A stretch of DNA of 14,919 bases, taken from the NCBI RefSeq assembly GCF_006345805.1, contig NW_021825588.1:1-14919 (forward strand). The letters are read 5' to 3'. The notes under the pieces are model-generated. The model searched no databases. It was not told the DNA's origin and was given only the letters and a program-made list of their open reading frames with translations. Position 1 is the stretch's first letter. Each line of letters starts with the position of its first letter. Shown piece after piece: positions 9,264-14,919 of the stretch. This stretch comes from Octopus sinensis (taxonomy: Eukaryota). Position numbers and translations under genes: made by a program.

Positions 9264-9545
9264 AAAAATCCTATTTATTTTTATAATTAGATATTGTTAG
9301 GAATTGTATAAAGGATTGCTTAAATAGTGTGTGCATTGTAGAAGTATAAACAATTTATTGTAGATGAGTTTTAACAGCAAAATCGTATATGGAACCCCGC
9401 GAGGACCATAAAGACCTCAGTTCAGAACCACTGCTGTAAATAGTCTCTCGTTAAATGGCTACGTAACTGTAATGTACTAACGTTAAACAGGAATAATTGG
9501 TTTTATAAATAAATTCCAGCTTAGAAATGTTGTTCTTGAGTGCAC

Positions 9546-9547
<2 letters not shown>

Positions 9548-9618
<71 letters not shown>
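9548..9618. repeat. (GA)n microsatellite
   Basis: Direct inspection. Confidence 0.97.
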
Positions 9619-9620
<2 letters not shown>

Positions 9621-9839
9621 TAAAGAAATCGATATCGAAAGTGAAGTAGAAATAAATATGTTAGTCTCATCCATAAACTATTTCAAGATTTATTTTTGTG
9701 CTGAAGTATCATTATGATTAATATTTATTGGAGTATTTACGACAAGCAAATACATCAAATAACAGGCAATGATAGATAGACAGGCACATAGACAGATAAA
9801 TTGACAGGTGTGTGTGTGTGTGCGTATGTGTGTATGGAC

Positions 9840-9872
<33 letters not shown>

Positions 9873-9989
9873 GATAGGTTGGTTGGTTGATCGATAGAAG
9901 ATTTGAAGAACCGAAAAAGCGGACTTCGGTTACAGTTGAACTCGAAACGAACAACATTTTGGTTATTTAATTTGTTGAAACAACGCGAA

Positions 9990-10068
9990 CGGCTGTTGTT
10001 GTTGTTGTTGTTGTTGCTGCTGTTGTTGTTATTGGTGGTAGTGGTGGTGGTGATGATGGTAGTGGTCT
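9990..10068. repeat. Compound trinucleotide repeat (GTT)n-(GCT)-(GGT/GTA)-(GAT)
   Basis: Direct inspection; source of the poly-L/V ORF. Confidence 0.9.
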
Positions 10069-10196
10069 TGTTTTTTTTTGTCTATAGATTTCTTTTTCTC
10101 TCTTTTCCATTCCAATTACTTGAGTGTTCTTCGGTCTTATCTTATATTTTCAGAAATCTTCCTTATTACATTGAGATATGGAAAAAGTTTTCCTCC

Positions 10197-10197
<1 letters not shown>

Positions 10198-10257
<60 letters not shown>
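10198..10257. repeat. (CT)n microsatellite
   Basis: Direct inspection. Confidence 0.97.
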
Positions 10258-10261
<4 letters not shown>

Positions 10262-10427
10262 CTACGTACTTACCTGATCTACATAATCGATTATCTGTAA
10301 ATTGGTTCTAAACTTCCTGTTTAAAAAAAAAAGAAGATTAAGATGGAAATTTGCTCTCAATCAATACTCCGTTTATTTATTTATTTTTTAAAATTTTCAC
10401 TTCATTTATTTATTTCACTTCATTGTT

Positions 10428-10476
10428 ACCCTGGACTGATGACGGGCAAGACCCAGAAACATGCATGTCTTCGGGT
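10428..10476 (+). ncRNA. Minimal type I hammerhead ribozyme motif
   Basis: accctgga-CTGATGA-c-ggg-caaga-ccc-a-GAAA-ca-tgca-tg-TC-ttcgggt. It has conserved core boxes at 10436-10442 and 10456-10459, stems I, II and III, and a GUC cleavage triplet at 10467-10469. Confidence 0.75.
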
Positions 10477-10721
10477 GCTAATCCTAGCTGGTGAGGGTGC
10501 TTGCCTCCCCTTCGCAAATATAAGGACACAGGAAATGTGTCAATGCCGACAGGAAGCGTCGATGCTTCCTTGGGCTAAATAGCGGTGGTGTAATTCCCTT
10601 TACGGGACTCACGTTATGTTGACAGTATACAACCACTATATCGCTCCACCACCACTCATGTCTCTTTGAGACATTTAGAAATTCAATATTTCTAATTCAT
10701 TTATATCGATTTATCGATATG

Positions 10722-10758
<37 letters not shown>

Positions 10759-11299
10759 CATGTATGTGATCAAGACAGCTGAAACTTTGCAAATCTTTAC
10801 TCTGAATTGGTTTCTAATTGTTTGCTTGTGAGAGCGAGAAAGAAAAGGAGGTGAGTGTGTCTTGTCGGGCGCTGCTCAAGCTAAAGAAAAAAATTCCGGT
10901 GTAGACGTCCCTTGACGAATGTGAGAATGTTTAGGTAGAAAGCAACACATCATCCAATCGTTATTGGCTGCAGAGGATTTCTTGGGAGTGGTACGAGGTG
11001 ATGGTTATAGTCGCTGGGTTTGACTCATTAGGAAACAAATATCGCCATGAAAGATAACCGAGCCACAAAATTCGGTTAAAATGTGATGAGGAAAAGAGGG
11101 CAGATTGTGGTATGCGTCTCAAATAGAGCTGTTAAATTGAGGACCTGGAACGAGACTCATGCTCTCTTGATAACCTCATAAGTCTGCTAATGTCCGATAT
11201 GTGGAGTTTGAATTGGTAGCATTTGCAACTTCAAATTGCTTCCAAATTACACAGAGACACCCCCCCACACACACACACACATACCTACTACATACATAC

Positions 11300-11342
<43 letters not shown>

Positions 11343-11530
11343 AAGCTCAACATCTACTTCGGAGTACTCTTTCTTTCCCCGTCTTCTCACTCAGTTGTAT
11401 GTAATATTCATTTCTCTTTTTTATAGATGAGCACAGGTGGATAAGTTTACCTTGATGTTTAATTAAAAAATAGCAAGAGTTTATAAGAAGTATTGACTCG
11501 AAGATCGGAAACGAAAAAAAACAAAAAAAC

Positions 11531-11961
11531 AATAATGATAATGGTTTCTAATTTTGACACAAAGCCAGTAGTTTGCGGGTGGGGACAAATCGATTAAATT
11601 GAGCCCAGTGCCCAATTGGTGCTTATTTTATCGACCCCGAAAGGATGAAAAGCAAAGTCAATCTCGATAGAAATTGAACTCAGAGCGTAGAGCAGTGGTT
11701 TTCAACCAGGGTTCCGCCAGTACAGTCCAGGGGTTCCGCAAGAAGTTACAAAACTGCTAAAATCGGCAGTAATTTTTAAGTCTCCTGTGCAGATATGTGT
11801 GCATAAGACTATTAAATTATTGCACAGGGGTTCCTCGAGCCAGTGGAATGTTTCCTTGGGGTTCCGCTCCAGCAAAAAGTTTGAAAAGCACTGGCGTAGA
11901 GGGACGACATGCCGCTTAAGCATTTCGCCCGGCTTGGTAACGCTTCTGCCAGCTCGCCGCC
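11531..11961 (-). mobile_element. Full-length SINE family B copy (tRNA-derived, CORE/OR-type), interrupted by a hAT MITE
   Basis: Minus strand: ggcggcgagctggcagaagcgtt (A-box-like) ... tctgagttcaat (B-box-like) ... tttgcttttcatcctttcggggtcgataaaataagcacc ... attagaaaccattatcattatt tail. It matches fragments at 1690-1852 and 13216-13530. Confidence 0.88.
11693..11893. mobile_element. 201-bp hAT (Buster/Charlie-like) MITE
   Basis: TIR CAGTGGTTTTCAA versus reverse-complemented CAGTGCTTTTCAA. Perfect 8-bp TSD GCGTAGAG (11685-11692, 11894-11901) with a central TA. Four GGGTTCC subterminal repeats. Confidence 0.93.
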
Positions 11962-12279
11962 CTAACAACAGCAAAGACAATGAAAGCCAGTCGTTTATTT
12001 CTGTAGAGGAGATGAGAATTTTTCACTGTTTGGATTGAGACGAGAGTCAGTAAATCAGTACCTTCCAGAAATCGAACAACTACTAAAACATACTGTCATA
12101 GAACCAGGACTTGTGTTGAACATGAGAAGAAAGAAAGCGGACAAAAGCAGGATAGTTTGTGAAAGGAATGAAGCGTTGGAAAAGTCCCACTAAGATATCA
12201 AAAATGAGGGGGCGGGGTATGAATCGATAGCTAGAGAGAAGAGGTGTAAAAGACAGAAACACAGTTTGTCGGTGGGTGT

Positions 12280-12290
12280 ATGTATGTAAT

Positions 12291-12334
<44 letters not shown>

Positions 12335-12335
12335 C

Positions 12336-12374
<39 letters not shown>

Positions 12375-12700
12375 TATATATATATATAATTAATATATAG
12401 TATGTATGTGTATATATATATATGTATGTAGGTGTATATATATATAGGTATGTATGTGTATATATATATTATATGTATTGTATATATATATATGTATGTG
12501 TATATATATATATATGTGTATGTATGTGTATATATATATATATATGTGTATGTATGTGGTGTATATATATATATATATGTGTATGTATGTGTATATATAT
12601 ATATTGTGTATGTATGTGTATATATATATATATGTATGTATGTGTATATATATATATGTGTATGTATGTGTATATATATATATATATGTGTATGTATGTG

Positions 12701-12731
<31 letters not shown>

Positions 12732-12933
12732 GTGTATATATATGTATGTATGTGTGTATATATATGTATGTATGTGTGTATATATATGTATGTATGTGTG
12801 TATATATATGTATGTATGTGTGTATATATATGTATGTATGTGTGTATATATATGTATGTGTATGTGTGTATATATATGTATATATATGTATGTATATATA
12901 TATATATATGTGTGTGTGTATTTATATATGTAT
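12280..12933. repeat. Long compound (AT)n/(ATGT)n/(GT)n array with 22-30 bp higher-order units
   Basis: Units such as gtatgtatgtgtgtatatatat are repeated across about 12720-12850. This explains the YI/HT/CV ORFs. Confidence 0.95.
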
Positions 12934-13119
12934 CTCTTATGATAAAAGGCAGATTTTCTCTGCCTGTTCCCATGTTTCTTTTTAATACAATTCTACAATA
13001 TAGAATTTCTTCAATTGGAATTTACCTATGATTTTTCCAAGTAGATTCGATTGGGTCATGGCATGTAAACCTTTTTCAATTTGACCCCCCCAATTAAGCA
13101 AAAATTCGAGAAAAATTCA

Positions 13120-13192
13120 ATGATGATGTTGATGATGATGATGATGATTGTGGTGGTGGTGGTGATCATCATCATCATCATCATCATCATCC
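13120..13192. repeat. (GAT)n-(GGT)n-(CAT)n compound trinucleotide repeat
   Basis: Direct inspection. Confidence 0.92.
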
Positions 13193-13215
13193 TCCTCCAA
13201 CAATTTCGAGGGAGT

Positions 13216-13530
13216 GGGTAAGTCAGTTGCATTCAGTTGGACCTTAATTTATCAATTCCGAAAGGATGAAAGGCAAATAATAATAATGAGAAGAGTGAAA
13301 CATTGGACTCGATGTAATCGACTTGCTGCCTCCCCACAAATTTTAGGCCTTGTATTTATAATAGAAAGGATTATTATTATTATTATATTATTATTATTAT
13401 TATATTATTATTATTACTACTACAAATACTAAGGCTAAACATTTCGTCCGTCTTTACGTTCTGTGTTCAAATTCCGCCGAGGTCGACTTTGCATTTCATC
13501 CATTCTTTTTCGTTTCTGCCAGCTCGCCAC
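13216..13530. mobile_element. Cluster of four SINE family B fragments in mixed order and orientation, around an (ATT)n tract
   Basis: Core on - at 13216-13276, 3' end on + at 13301-13372, head body on + at 13434-13504, extreme 5' end on - at 13511-13530. All align to the 11531-11961 copy. Confidence 0.75.
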
Positions 13531-13602
13531 TTTAATGATGATGATGATGATGATTAAAAGTACTTATCTTTTAAATATGTGGCTCGATCTTTCAGCTTGT
13601 TA

Positions 13603-13926
13603 GTGTGTGAGGCTATGTGGCAAGCATCTTGCTTCCCAACCACATGGTTCCGGGTTCAGTATCACTGCGTGATACCTTGAGCAAGTGTCTTCTACTATAG
13701 CCTCGGACTGACAAAAACCTGTGTTTGTCCCCCACCATCACTTGAGAACTGGCGGTGATGCGTCTACGTCCCCCGTAACTTAGCGATTCTGCTAACAATA
13801 AGTACCAGGTTTTTTTTTTAAAAAAAACAAGTACTAGAGTTGATATATTCGACTAAAAAAAAAAAAAATCTCCAGTGTGGTGCCCCAGCACGGCCGCAAC
13901 CTAATGGCTAAAACAAGTTAAGAGAT
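13603..13926 (+). mobile_element. Near full-length SINE family A copy with an internal deletion
   Basis: tRNA-like head (ggctatgtgg...ggttccgggttcagt), body tcttctactatagcctcgg, and 3' part gtaacttagcg...aagtacc...ggtgccccagcacggccgca...aaacaagttaagag. It matches 46-113, 156-272 and 714-730. Confidence 0.85.
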
Positions 13927-14919
13927 TTAAAAAAAACAAAAAGATATACGCGGGCGCGTATATCTCGGAATGAATCAATGTTCCTTCCCTATGGTGTTTT
14001 CGATAAGACTGACAAGGTAAGTTAAGTTTTTAACCCTCAGCGACGGAATAATGGGTCAATTTTGAAATCATCAATGATATGACTCCCTTTCGCTTACCGT
14101 AGGGAGCACGTCTCCCCTGTCAGTCGTTAGAAAAGTAGTCTCGCGTGGCTAAGAGTTGTTTTGACTCTTATTTCTAGCAATGACTAGCACCCTCGGTTAC
14201 TTTAGCAACGATTATACATCTGCCTTTCGCTTCTAGGTTGCGGATAGCCACCTTAATCATACACGCACACACGCGAGGACAGATATGTGTGTGTGTCCGT
14301 TCCTGTGTATATATGTCACCCGTGCGTGTATTTATATATGCATGCGTGTCATCCCGCGCTTGCACATCCATGTAAACTCGGGCATCCTTTAAAGAGTGGG
14401 GCGGAGTGATAGAAAGAAAAAAAGGGAAGAAGAGAAAAGCTAATTATATCTTGATTAGGATCAGTAGATTTGATGCCACTCAACTGATCGACTCTGTCTG
14501 CCATGGTAGCAATGCAATCAACCACAAACAGTCTAACTCTGCAGAATGGGATGCCTTTGTCAGTTTTCACTTTTGCTCGTCATCATTAATTTAGTGTGAT
14601 GCCACCGCGACCACCACCCCTGATCCCCCTTCCTCCTGCTCCTCCTCCTCTTCACTTTGGCTTCCTGTAATCAGTTTCTGCTGTCCCTTCTCCCTCTCTC
14701 TCGCCCTCCTCTTACTACTACTCTTCCTCTTCTCCCGACTCACAATTGCGCAGGACGGATTGGCTTTCATTTATATTTGTTTTATTTATCTATTCTTTGT
14801 GTTTTTGTATTTGTTTCTTTTTTTTTTTTCTCCCTCGCAAAATGATATTATCGAGTAAGGACTTGATAATATTTCTCTGAATCCATTTTCTTACAAATGG
14901 CATCAATGCAAAAATATGG

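Noticed and set aside
9330-9434. hAT-like right end (...CAGAACCACTG)
   Set aside because: No matching left TIR or TSD was found; too fragmentary to call.
12007-12193. 61-codon open frame after an acceptor-like TTTATTTCTGTAG (…YLPEIEQLLKHTVIEPGLVLNM…)
   Set aside because: No recognised domain, no supporting upstream exon, and the length is compatible with chance.
12374-13031. Four ORFs of 160-200 aa on both strands
   Set aside because: AT/GT microsatellites lack stop codons in these frames; no coding signature.
14030-14110. TTAA-CCCT...GGGTCAATTTTGA, resembling a TTAA transposon left end
   Set aside because: No convincing partner TIR, and it does not match the 8165-8174 end beyond CCC.

Overview
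A eukaryotic, AT-rich, microsatellite-saturated non-coding window with no confidently recognisable host gene. Nearly all ORFs in the track are translations of simple repeats. The SINE types and repeat landscape suggest an octopod cephalopod (Octopus-like) intron or intergenic region; this comes from recalled repeat consensus sequences, not a search. It contains two tRNA-derived SINE families (several copies, one scrambled), a complete non-autonomous Helitron (1857-2371), a foldback mariner remnant (about 7225-7997), a piggyBac-like end, a 408-bp MITE with an 8-bp TSD (8856-9263) and a 201-bp hAT MITE nested in a SINE (11693-11893). The most interesting signal is a near-canonical minimal type I hammerhead ribozyme motif (10428-10476) heading a roughly 250-nt hairpin-rich segment. 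Two decayed hammerhead-like motifs (363-398 +, 7097-7127 -) also occur, suggesting Penelope-like/retrozyme self-cleaving RNA elements.
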